Assembly (NCBI GenBank): GCA_039648975.1
Contig: JBBWZK010000425.1
Location: forward strand, 272-64,271
From: Blastocatellia bacterium
GTDB taxonomy: Bacteria; Acidobacteriota; Blastocatellia; UBA7656
Reading direction: 5' to 3'
Length of the DNA: 64,000 nt
Shown one piece after another: positions 48,032 to 56,638 of this stretch (the first letter of the stretch is position 1; each line of letters starts with the position of its first letter). A program made the translations under genes and the position numbers. Under the pieces are notes generated by a model. That model saw only the letters and a program-made list of their open reading frames with translations, searched no databases and was not told where the DNA came from.

Positions 48032-48943
48032 ATGACAGCAGCAGTTTATGAGTCTAGTCCTATAAAGCGAAAGCGGCGCGGCTTCGATGCCATTGCGACG
48101 GTGCGCGACGCGCTTTATGACGTGCTGTCGGCAGAGCACCCGATGACCGTGCGCCAGGTCTTCTACCGGCTGGTGAGCGCCGGCGCCATTGAAAAGACGG
48201 AGGCCGAATATAAATCAACCGTCTGCCGCTTGCTTGGCCGCATGCGGCGCGAGGGCGTCGTTCCGTTTGGCTGGATCGCTGACAGCACGCGATGGATGCG
48301 CAAGCCGTGCACCTTTTCAACCCTCGAATCAGCGCTCGAACTGACGGCGCAAACCTACCGCCGGGCGATGTGGGACAATCAGCCGGTCTACGTCGAAGTG
48401 TGGCTCGAGAAAGATGCGCTGGCCGGCGTGCTGATGGATGAAACCGAGAAGTGGGACGTGCCGCTGATGGTGACGCGCGGCTATCCGAGCCTGTCTTATC
48501 TCTACTCGGCAGCCGAGCAGATCACGGCGATTGAAAAGCCGGCTTACCTGTATTACTTCGGCGATTACGACCCGTCGGGCGTAGACATCACGCGCGCCGT
48601 CGAGAGCGGCATCCGAGAATTTGCCCCTGACGCGGAGATTTATTTCGAGCGCGTCGCGGTGACGCCGGCGCAGATCAGGCAGTATGGATTGCTCACGCGA
48701 CCGACGAAGAAAACCGACTCGCGCAGTAAGAACTTTGAGGGCGAGAGCGTTGAAGTCGATGCGATCCCGCCAGCGATGCTTCGCCAGATGGCCAGAGAAT
48801 GTATTGAGCAACACATTGACGAAGACGCGCTGGAACGCCTGCACCTTGCCGAGCAGTCCGAGCGCGAGAGTATGCAGATCATCGCCGATGCGTGGCGCGA
48901 CGGCAGGCTGCGCTACGTGCCAGAAGAAATCGGTGAATCGTGA
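48032..48943 (+). CDS. stand-alone Spo11/topoisomerase VI subunit A-like protein (winged helix + Toprim)
   Basis: MTVRQVFYRLV resembles the R-x-(I/V)-(F/Y)-Y catalytic-Tyr motif. VEVWLEKDALAGVL supplies the Toprim Glu. TRGYPS and YYFGDYDPSGVDI match DxDPxG. Confidence 0.7.
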   Translation: MTAAVYESSPIKRKRRGFDAIATVRDALYDVLSAEHPMTVRQVFYRLVSAGAIEKTEAEYKSTVCRLLGRMRREGVVPFGWIADSTRWMRKPCTFSTLESALELTAQTYRRAMWDNQPVYVEVWLEKDALAGVLMDETEKWDVPLMVTRGYPSLSYLYSAAEQITAIEKPAYLYYFGDYDPSGVDITRAVESGIREFAPDAEIYFERVAVTPAQIRQYGLLTRPTKKTDSRSKNFEGESVEVDAIPPAMLRQMARECIEQHIDEDALERLHLAEQSERESMQIIADAWRDGRLRYVPEEIGES

Positions 48944-49100
48944 TGGAAGCAAGTATGAAAACTGTTTTGACAACGCCACAGCCGGTCGCCGTGCAATGCC
49001 GCAACTGCCGGCGCGCGCTTTCGCTGGGCGCGAGTGGCCGCGCCTGGTGCTATCGCTGCTGTCTATGGACTGAGCTTCAAAGTGTGAATGAGGTTTGAAG

Positions 49101-49460
49101 ATGAATGAACCATCAGCGTCAGATCGAATCCGTCTGCTCGAAAAGGAACTGGCAGAGATGCGCGTGCTGCTCACCGAAGTGGCGCGCAAGCAAGCCTGGC
49201 CTCAGTATCTCACTCGCAACGAGCTTGCCGAGTTGTTGCAGATCAGCCCACGCACGATTGACGATTGGGTGAGCGAGGATCGTATTCCATACCACAAAGC
49301 CGGAAACTCGACGCGCTTCCTCATCAGCGAGATCGTGCAGTGGACAGCCGGGCGATGGAGTCCGGCGAAGCAAGCCGCGCCGGCGAAGCCAAAGAGCAGA
49401 CCTGCAAGAAAGCGCCGTGCGCGTACCGGGGATGACAAACAGCAACTGCGGGCCTTATGA
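49101..49460 (+). CDS. xis: excisionase-family HTH protein
   Basis: LTRNELAELLQISPRTIDDWVSEDRIPYHKAGNSTRFLISEIVQW. Directly upstream of the integrase gene, which overlaps it. Confidence 0.75.
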   Translation: MNEPSASDRIRLLEKELAEMRVLLTEVARKQAWPQYLTRNELAELLQISPRTIDDWVSEDRIPYHKAGNSTRFLISEIVQWTAGRWSPAKQAAPAKPKSRPARKRRARTGDDKQQLRAL

Positions 49461-49507
49461 TGTCGCCGCTTCCAAACAGGCGGCTGCAACCGAGATGGAG
49501 GCAATCC

Positions 49508-50581
49508 ATGTCAGTCAGAAAACGCAAGCACCGATGGCACTACGATTTTCAGATTTGCAGCGTCCGCCATCGCGGTGCGATTCCAGAGGCACGCAACAAA
49601 GCCCAGGCCGAGCGCGCCGAAGCCAGGATCAAGCTCGATCTTTTCGAGCAGAGATTTGGTGACGGCATCAGCAAGAACTTCGCCGAGTTCATCGCCGAAG
49701 TATATGAGCCGGCGGCAAAGTCAAAACGGAGCTATCACACGGCGGAAAATCTTCACATTCGCACGGTGACGGCTCACTTCAAAACTTACGCGCTCGCCGA
49801 CATCAGCCTGATGGCCGTCGAGCGGTTCAAAAGAGAGCGGCTTGCCACGCCAGTGCAGAGTAGTGGCAAGCCGCGCACACCGGCGACGGTCAATCGCGAG
49901 TTGGGGGTTCTATCGCAGATCCTTGCCATGGCCTGTGATAACGGGTTGCTGCAATCGAACCCGTGCAGCAAGGTCAGGCGGCTGCGCGAAGACAACACCC
50001 GGACGCGCTATTTGACCGAAGCCGAAGAAGAGCAATTGATGACCGCAATCACCAAACCCTATGAGCGATTGCGGCCGCTGATCATTCTCGCGTTCGGCAC
50101 CGGCATGCGGCAAGGCGAGATTGCCGGCCTGACCTGGCCGCAGGTCGACTGGCGGCGCAATCTCATCATTGTGACGAACACCAAGAGTGGCGATGATCGC
50201 ACGATCCCGATGAATGAAACCGTCAAGGATTTGCTCGTCAGGCTCTGGCGCGAGTCCGACCAGTTGAACGCGAAGGTCTTCCAGATAAGCGCCGACGTGG
50301 TCTGTACCACATTCCACAGGCTTGCCCAGCGCGCAAAGCTTATAGACTTCCGCTTTCACGACCTGCGGCACACGTTCGCAACAAGGCTCGCGCCGCACAC
50401 TGACGTCTTTACGCTGGCCGCGCTATTAGGCCATAAGACGCTGGCCATGACGGCGCGTTACACGCACCCGACAGACGATGGCAAGCGCCGGGCAATCGCT
50501 GTTTTGAATACCCTGGCGCGCAAAGCTGGTCAAGAAAATGTCACAATTGACTTTCCGGCACAGGTAAGTAAGGCCGGCTAG
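49508..50581 (+). CDS. int: tyrosine-type site-specific integrase
   Basis: ATG at 49508 follows ggagg. C-terminal catalytic signature FHDLRHTFATRLA...LLGHKTLAMTARYTH. The ORF also opens earlier, at 49457. Confidence 0.9.
   Translation: MSVRKRKHRWHYDFQICSVRHRGAIPEARNKAQAERAEARIKLDLFEQRFGDGISKNFAEFIAEVYEPAAKSKRSYHTAENLHIRTVTAHFKTYALADISLMAVERFKRERLATPVQSSGKPRTPATVNRELGVLSQILAMACDNGLLQSNPCSKVRRLREDNTRTRYLTEAEEEQLMTAITKPYERLRPLIILAFGTGMRQGEIAGLTWPQVDWRRNLIIVTNTKSGDDRTIPMNETVKDLLVRLWRESDQLNAKVFQISADVVCTTFHRLAQRAKLIDFRFHDLRHTFATRLAPHTDVFTLAALLGHKTLAMTARYTHPTDDGKRRAIAVLNTLARKAGQENVTIDFPAQVSKAG
50528..50545 (+). repeat. 18-bp perfect repeat (ggtcaagaaaatgtcaca), right copy, inside the int 3' end
   Basis: Identical to 19453-19470. 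Confidence 0.7.
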
Positions 50582-50626
50582 CTCTTTGACTTGAGCAGTT
50601 AGAAGGTGGTGGGAGAAAAAGCGTGT

Positions 50627-50669
50627 ACTGTCTTCAAGACAGCGACCACAAAGACGCGCGCGTTTCGTT
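50627..50669 (+). repeat. attR candidate (43-bp direct repeat, right copy)
   Basis: actgtcttcaagacagcgaccacaaagacgcgcgcgtttcgtt. Lies 46 nt after the int stop. Confidence 0.75.
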
Positions 50670-50847
50670 TGCCTCACAGCAATATGGACTTCGGGCACGA
50701 GCATTGCGACAGAAGGAATTGAGCAGGCATTTTGCCTTAGAGTCGGCGCGTTTTCATACGCTCGCTGTAGCAACATTGAGCGAAGTCATACGCAAACGCC
50801 GTCAACGACGGCTTGCTCATCATTTCGATTTGAAGAGGAGAAATATC

Positions 50848-51450
50848 ATGGCAGAAATCCGCGAAACGCATACCGTAGTTGATGAAGTCCCGGTTGAGCG
50901 CCGGACGGGGATTGAAGATGATTACCCGCCGGTTGTCTATGAGCGGCGCGGCTTGTCTGGCGGAGCAATAGCCGCTCTGGTGATTGCCGGGATTGCCGCT
51001 GCCATACTCATCACGTTTTTGATACTGAATAATCAACAGCGGGATCATGACCAGGAGATGGCGCTGGAACGGGCGCGCGCCGATGCGGCTCAAAGGGCTG
51101 CTGCGCAATCGCCAACCCCAACGCAACCGCCACAGCAGCCGCCCGTGGTTGTTATGCAGCCATCGCAGCCTACAGTGGTTCCCGTGCCTGTGCCTTCACA
51201 ATCCGCGCCGGCTGCTGCGCCGTCGACGAGTGCGCCTTCGAGCGTCAGCGTCGAAGTTGACGTGACGACGAAACTGCTCGATGACGCGGACCTGCGCACT
51301 CACCCTATAGATGTGAAGGTGAACAACGGCACGGCAACCTTGAGCGGTGAACTGCCGAGCGAAGAGATGAAGGCGAAGGCTGAACGGGTCGCCATGTCGG
51401 TCAAAGGAGTTCGCCGCGTCAAGAACAATATCACCGTGAAATCCGACTAA
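50848..51450 (+). CDS. BON-domain membrane protein
   Basis: ATG at 50848 follows aagaggag. TM segment, P/Q-rich linker, and a C-terminal BON domain (IDVKVNNGTATLSGELPSEEMKAKAERVAMSVKGVRRVKNNITV). Confidence 0.8.
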   Translation: MAEIRETHTVVDEVPVERRTGIEDDYPPVVYERRGLSGGAIAALVIAGIAAAILITFLILNNQQRDHDQEMALERARADAAQRAAAQSPTPTQPPQQPPVVVMQPSQPTVVPVPVPSQSAPAAAPSTSAPSSVSVEVDVTTKLLDDADLRTHPIDVKVNNGTATLSGELPSEEMKAKAERVAMSVKGVRRVKNNITVKSD

Positions 51451-51740
51451 GGCGGCGATCCGGCGATTGAAATCATCGCCTGCGATTTGCACCTTGAATC
51501 ATGTTGAAGGGCAGGCCGCCTATTGCGACAACGGCGCGAACCTACGGCCTGCCCTTTATCCTGCTTCACAGTCAAGTCTCTGCTTAATCTGCGACCGCAG
51601 CTTCCTATCGAGGCGGGCCCGGGTTAATCATAAACCCACCGTCTCATTCAAATAAAAAAACTCTTCTGTCACTGTGTATCAAACGCCCGATTGGCGGTTC
51701 TATTGGAGTGTCTGGAATAATTCAGAAAGGAGTAAAGGCC

Positions 51741-51809
51741 ATGTTAGTTTATGGACTCATCTTCGGTGTGGCTGCCTGGATCATTTCCGTCACTTCGGTC
51801 AAGGGATAA
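51741..51809 (+). CDS. possible 22-aa hydrophobic peptide
   Basis: RBS aaaggag 7 nt upstream. MLVYGLIFGVAAWIISVTSVKG. A hairpin follows. Confidence 0.3.
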   Translation: MLVYGLIFGVAAWIISVTSVKG

Positions 51810-51824
51810 GGTCATTGGGCATGT

Positions 51825-51856
51825 GCGACGAGGCACCTTTGCCTCGTCGCCTTTCT
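51825..51856 (+). terminator. hairpin terminator candidate
   Basis: gcgacgaggca cctt tgcctcgtcgc, followed by ctttct (a weak U-tract). Confidence 0.45.
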
Positions 51857-51889
51857 ACAAGATTTCTGCCCTTTCTACATGATTTCTGC
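51850..51889. repeat. tandem 20-bp direct repeat x2
   Basis: cctttctacaagatttctgc followed by cctttctacatgatttctgc, with one mismatch. Confidence 0.8.
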
Positions 51890-51934
51890 ATGGATGTTGG
51901 CTAGCGTTAAACTTGCAGCCTGAAGAGTCGGCGA

Positions 51935-53314
51935 TCAAGCGACAGGGAGAGAGAGAATCTTCAACTCTCGCCTGGCAAGCGCCGGCTCCTGGCTTTCCAG
52001 ATTCGCCATCGGCGCTTCGCAATATAGACGATTGGGCGTCGCCTGCATCACGCGCGCGCGATGGATGCCCGGCGCGAGATTGCCTTTGATGATCGTCACG
52101 TGATTGCCGCGCGTGTGGCCCTGCACGAAGCCTGCTTCATCTGTCGCGCCTTTGACCAACACTTCGACTTCACGCCCGACCCATTGTTTGTTCTGCTCGA
52201 AGGAGATCTCTTTCTGCAATTCAACCAGACGGCCCAGCCGTTCGGTCTTTACGGCGCGCGGCACGTCTTCAAAGTGAATCTGTGCGGGCGTGCCTTCGCG
52301 CTCCGAATAGATGAACGTATAAGCCGCATCATAGCGAACCTCACGGTAAAGCTGGAGGGTCTGCTCGAAATCTGCTTCGGTCTCGCCCGGAAAGCCGACG
52401 ATGAGGTCGGTGGAAATCGTCGCGTCGGGCAAAAGCTCGCGCAGCCGACGGACGCGGTCTAGATAAAATTCGCGCGTGTATTCGCGCGCCATGCGCTTGA
52501 GTATGCGATTCGAGCCGGACTGCACAGGCAGATGGATGTAGCGGCAGACCGCCGGCGTATCGGCTATCGCCTCGATGATCTGGTCGTCGAAGTTTACCGG
52601 ATGCGATGTAACGAATCGTACACGCGGAATGCCGACGCGCCCGACCATGCTGAGCAGTTCGGCGAAGGACGGATAGCCGGCCAGCCGCGCGCGCCGCGTG
52701 CCTGTGCCTTCGGCCAGCCCGTAAGAGTTAACGTTCTGACCGAGCAATGTAACTTCCGCCACGCCGGCATCAATGAGCGCCCGTGCTTCATTGAGGATGT
52801 CAATTGCCGGGCGCGACACTTCCGCGCCGCGCGTCTGCGGCACGATGCAATAGGTGCAGCGATGATTGCAGCCACGCATGATCGTCAGGTGGGCGCTGAC
52901 GGCGTCAAGCGGCGGCGGCGGCGTATAGAATTGCAAGTCGTTTTTGAAGTCGAACGATTGAAACTTGCCGCGCTCGATGGCCGGGACGATTTCGGTGATT
53001 GCGCCGGGGCCGAGCATGATATCGACGGCGAACTTCTCGCCCATGCGGCGGCCTTCGGGCAGTTGCGCGAGACAGCCCATCAAGCCGATAGTCATCGCGC
53101 CGCGCCGTCGCTGTTTTTCTTTGCGCAACTCGCCGAGCAAGGTCTGCGCCTTCTCAACAGGCTTGCCGCGCACGGCGCACGTATTGACCAGCACGAGATC
53201 GGCTTCGCGGTAATCGTCAACGAACGAATAGCCGATGCCCGCCAGTTCCGATTGAATGGCGTGCGTGTCGTACTCGTTCATCTGACAGCCGAATGTAACA
53301 ACGTGCGCTCGCAT
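51935..53314 (-). CDS. miaB: tRNA-2-methylthio-N6-dimethylallyladenosine synthase
   Basis: Start at MRAHVVTFGCQMNEYDT. Radical-SAM motif CNHRCTYCIVP. C-terminal TRAM domain. Confidence 0.93.
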   Translation of the reverse strand: MRAHVVTFGCQMNEYDTHAIQSELAGIGYSFVDDYREADLVLVNTCAVRGKPVEKAQTLLGELRKEKQRRRGAMTIGLMGCLAQLPEGRRMGEKFAVDIMLGPGAITEIVPAIERGKFQSFDFKNDLQFYTPPPPLDAVSAHLTIMRGCNHRCTYCIVPQTRGAEVSRPAIDILNEARALIDAGVAEVTLLGQNVNSYGLAEGTGTRRARLAGYPSFAELLSMVGRVGIPRVRFVTSHPVNFDDQIIEAIADTPAVCRYIHLPVQSGSNRILKRMAREYTREFYLDRVRRLRELLPDATISTDLIVGFPGETEADFEQTLQLYREVRYDAAYTFIYSEREGTPAQIHFEDVPRAVKTERLGRLVELQKEISFEQNKQWVGREVEVLVKGATDEAGFVQGHTRGNHVTIIKGNLAPGIHRARVMQATPNRLYCEAPMANLESQEPALARRELKILSLPVA

Positions 53315-53485
53315 AAGGTGCTTGTGCGACTCCTGTGATAAAAGTCCGGGCCTGATGGCAGCGGCCCGCTGGCTGAAGTAATTTTGAATCTTAGCATCCT
53401 GCGCCGAAGGCGTGCCAGCGCACCGGCGATGCTCTATGTGTCGAGCGTTGTGGTAGAATGATGCCGCTTCACGGAGGATCAACGC

Positions 53486-53767
53486 ATGAGCATCGAATTA
53501 CGCGGCGTGCCCATTGTCTTTTTTGAAGAGGGCGACATCATCATTGCGCATTGTGTTCCGCTCGACGTGTCTTCGTGCGGCCATGACCTGGAAGAAGCCC
53601 GGCGCAATGTGCGTGAAGCCATTGAATTGTTTCTCGAAACCTGCGACGACATCGGCACACTGAATGAAGTCCTGGAAGAATCAGGCTTCGTCAGGGATGG
53701 AGAGAACTGGATACCGCCCGCCGTGCTACAAGTTGATAGCCTGGACATTGCTTCGCAAGCAACCTGA
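53486..53767 (+). CDS. hicB: HicB-like (UPF0150) antitoxin
   Basis: 93 aa, FFEEGDIIIAHCVPLDVSSCGHDLEEARRNVREAIELFLE. Followed by a HicA-like gene. Confidence 0.7.
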   Translation: MSIELRGVPIVFFEEGDIIIAHCVPLDVSSCGHDLEEARRNVREAIELFLETCDDIGTLNEVLEESGFVRDGENWIPPAVLQVDSLDIASQAT

Positions 53768-53791
53768 TTCCTGCAAACTGAAGTAAAAGAG

Positions 53792-54022
53792 ATGGCCGCA
53801 ATCAAGCCGATACATTACTCAAGGCTTGTTCGTGTTTTTGAACTGGATGGATGGGTTCATAGCCGCACGAAAGGCGACCATCTCAGTTTGACCAAGCCAG
53901 CCTACAAGCGGCCTGTGGTGATTCCTAAGTAGGATTTAGTTCCTGTCTTCATCATTCAAAACAATATGCGCACTGCCCGGATGAGCCGCGAGCGTTACTT
54001 CGAGCTACTCGCGCAAGTCTGA
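53792..54022 (+). pseudogene. hicA: HicA/YcfA-like toxin with an in-frame TAG at codon 47
   Basis: Manual translation: MAAIKPIHYSRLVRVFELDGWVHSRTKGDHLSLTKPAYKRPVVIPK*DLVPVFIIQNNMRTARMSRERYFELLAQV. Both halves are in one frame and together give a normal HicA length. Confidence 0.65.
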
Positions 54023-54126
54023 ATCTTCTTCATCCATTTTCGTGCTTCGATCAAAAACCAATCCTTTGACAAATCACTGGGAGCAAAGCGACAATCCATC
54101 TAGCATTATTTAGAAAGGTCTGCAAG

Positions 54127-55452
54127 ATGTTCAAACAATTTACCGCCAGCCTCGCGCTCGTGCTGGCTCTGGCATTACTGACCAATACGGGCGTCGTGGC
54201 GTGGCAGGGTGCTGCGGCAATCAAACAGCCGGATACGGCGGCGACGCTCAACGCCACCGATGATGTGCTCAAAACCGTCAGCCGCATGCGCGAACTGGAA
54301 GTCAAAGAGCCGGTCAAGAGCGCCTTCAAAACGCGCGACGAGATCGAGCAGTCGGTGATTCGCGACCTCGACGAGAGCACGCCGCTCGCCGAGTTCGACG
54401 CTTCACAGAAGACGCTCTTCAAGCTCGGCCTGGTGCCGAAGGGCTTTCAATTGCGCGACTACGTCGTCAAGTTGCTGCGCGAACAGGTGGCCGGTTTTTA
54501 TGAGCCGAAGACGAAGGAATTTTATCTGGCGGCGTGGCTGCCGCTCGGCGAACAGAAGAAAGTCATGGCGCACGAGCTGGTCCACGCGCTACAGGATCAG
54601 CATTTCAACCTGCGGCGTTTCGAGAAGTGGCCGAAGGGCGATTCCGATGCCGAACTGGCGGCGCACGCGCTCGTCGAAGGCGAAGCGACGCTGGTGATGA
54701 TCCTCTATGATTTGGAGCAGCAGGGGCTTCGTGGAATTGACATTACAAAACTAGGCTCGCTGACCGAGCGCTTGCTAGACAACGATGCGGAGACCAGCGA
54801 TCCGAATTACCCTGTGCTGTCGGAAGCGCCGCGCGTGCTGCGCGAGAACCTGCAATTCCCTTATGTGTACGGTGCGGGCTTCACGCAGGCGGTGTTGAAA
54901 AACGGCGCGTGGCGCGGACTCAACGACGTTTACACGACGCTGCCGGCATCTACCGAACAGATCATGCACCCGCAGAAGTACCTGGCGCACGAGATGCCTG
55001 TGAAGATCGCCATGCCCGACTTCGCGGCCACGCTCGGCAAAGATTGGAAGCGCGCCGATGAGGACGTGAACGGTGAGTTCGGTTACTTTGTCATCCTCAG
55101 CGAATTTCTGCCGAAGTTTGCGGCGCGCGTCGCCGCACAGGGGTGGGGCGGCGACCGTTATGGGTTTTACGAGAACAAGGCGAGCGGCGCATCTCTGCTC
55201 GTGCAGTACACGACGTGGGACACACCAGGCGATGCGCGAGAATTCTTCGCCGCCTATTCAGAGCGCACCGAGCAGCGCTACAAGCTCAAACACGACACGG
55301 ACAACAAAGTGACACGCCGCGTCTATGAAACGAGCGAGGGACTGGCGAGCCTCGAGTTGCGCGACCAGGATGTCGTCATGGTCGAGGGCGCGGAAAGCCG
55401 CGAGCAACTCGCACGCCTTTCAGAGCGCATCTGGCAGAGCAAGAAGAAGTAG
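54127..55452 (+). CDS. secreted putative zinc metalloprotease (HExxH)
   Basis: Signal peptide. HELVHALQDQHF. Confidence 0.7.
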   Translation: MFKQFTASLALVLALALLTNTGVVAWQGAAAIKQPDTAATLNATDDVLKTVSRMRELEVKEPVKSAFKTRDEIEQSVIRDLDESTPLAEFDASQKTLFKLGLVPKGFQLRDYVVKLLREQVAGFYEPKTKEFYLAAWLPLGEQKKVMAHELVHALQDQHFNLRRFEKWPKGDSDAELAAHALVEGEATLVMILYDLEQQGLRGIDITKLGSLTERLLDNDAETSDPNYPVLSEAPRVLRENLQFPYVYGAGFTQAVLKNGAWRGLNDVYTTLPASTEQIMHPQKYLAHEMPVKIAMPDFAATLGKDWKRADEDVNGEFGYFVILSEFLPKFAARVAAQGWGGDRYGFYENKASGASLLVQYTTWDTPGDAREFFAAYSERTEQRYKLKHDTDNKVTRRVYETSEGLASLELRDQDVVMVEGAESREQLARLSERIWQSKKK

Positions 55453-55585
55453 TTTTGGTAGTTGATCCTGGTAGTTGATCAATCAAGAGCGAGGCAGGGC
55501 TCGCCGCTTCCGATTGCGCCACTACCGTGACTTTTATAATCCGCCAATCCACCGGTCAGTTCATTCGGCTCTTTTGGGAATCCGC

Positions 55586-56638
55586 ATGAATCAATCCCGT
55601 CTGTCTCGCTTGACGCTCGCAGCGTTGCTTGCGGCTCTGCTATTCGTTCATCCGCACGCATCGGCGCAATCATCCGCATCGCCAGCGCGCCCGGCCTTCG
55701 CGCCGTCCGAGCGTCTTCAGGCGCTTGTAAGCAATGTGGTCAAAGCTACGGTTGAGCGCTTCGGCAAGGGCGGGCTTACCGCCGACAAGCTCGCCGTCAC
55801 GTTAATCGATCTCAACGACCACGAGCGCCCTGCGTGGGCCAGCCATCGCGGCCAGGAACCGACTTACCCGGCAAGCGTCGTCAAGTTGTTTTATCTGGTT
55901 GCCGCGCATCATCAGATGGAAACCGGCGAGTTGAAAGCGACGCCGGAGCTTGAGCGCGCCCTGCACGACATGATCGTCGATTCGTCGAACGACGCCACGC
56001 ATTATGTGTTCAATTCGCTCACCCGCACGACGGACGGGCCGGAACTGGACGATGCCGTGCTGAAGGAATGGCTGGCCAGGCGCAACGTCGTGAACCGTTA
56101 TTTTGCGAGTCTCGGCTTCGACAAAATCAATACCAATCAGAAGACCTGGTGCGAAGGCCCCTACGGGCGCGAGCGCCAGAGCCTGGGGCCGAATTTCGAG
56201 AACCGTAACAAGCTCACGACCGAAGCCGCCGCGCGCTTGCTGTTTGAGATCGTCACCGGGCGCGCGGTGACGCCGGCGCGTTGCCAGGCCATGATGAACT
56301 TGCTGCATCGTGATGCATCTCACAAATCCACTGACCCTGACGATCAGGCGACGCAGTTTGCCGGCAAGTCCCTGCCGCCGGGCGCGCAATTTTACTCGAA
56401 AGCCGGCTGGACTTCTGCGACGCGCCACGACGCCGCTTATATACGCCTGCCGAACGGCGCGCAGTATATCCTCACCGTCTTCACGGTTGACAACAGTTCG
56501 CAAGTCGATATCATTCCGTTCGTGTCACAACTGGTTGCCGACGCATTTTCGCGCAGGCCTGTGCAGGCCGATCTCGTCTTGACGAATGGCCGCATTCGGC
56601 GGGCGCATTGTTTTTACAAAGTAGCAAACAGAGTTTAG
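55586..56638 (+). CDS. class A beta-lactamase-like serine hydrolase
   Basis: Internal ATG gives signal peptide MNQSRLSRLTLAALLAALLFV. SxxK motif ASVVKLF. Confidence 0.7.
   Translation: MNQSRLSRLTLAALLAALLFVHPHASAQSSASPARPAFAPSERLQALVSNVVKATVERFGKGGLTADKLAVTLIDLNDHERPAWASHRGQEPTYPASVVKLFYLVAAHHQMETGELKATPELERALHDMIVDSSNDATHYVFNSLTRTTDGPELDDAVLKEWLARRNVVNRYFASLGFDKINTNQKTWCEGPYGRERQSLGPNFENRNKLTTEAAARLLFEIVTGRAVTPARCQAMMNLLHRDASHKSTDPDDQATQFAGKSLPPGAQFYSKAGWTSATRHDAAYIRLPNGAQYILTVFTVDNSSQVDIIPFVSQLVADAFSRRPVQADLVLTNGRIRRAHCFYKVANRV

Larger units (their letters stand above)
19321..50669. mobile_element. ~31.3 kb integrative element (att-flanked, integrase at the right end)
   Basis: 43-bp direct repeats at both ends. 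The excisionase and tyrosine integrase lie just inside the right repeat. Mobile-element gene content sits between chromosomal stress genes. Confidence 0.75.

Noticed and set aside
48329-49189. 286-aa minus-strand ORF
   Set aside because: It is antisense to the Spo11/Toprim-like gene, whose conserved motifs support the plus strand.
19321-50669. Calling the element a complete prophage
   Set aside because: No capsid, portal, tail-tube, large-terminase or lysis genes were recognised. Only a tailspike-like protein and small HTH proteins are present.
52532-53338. 268-aa plus-strand ORF
   Set aside because: It is antisense to miaB, which has a clear radical-SAM signature.
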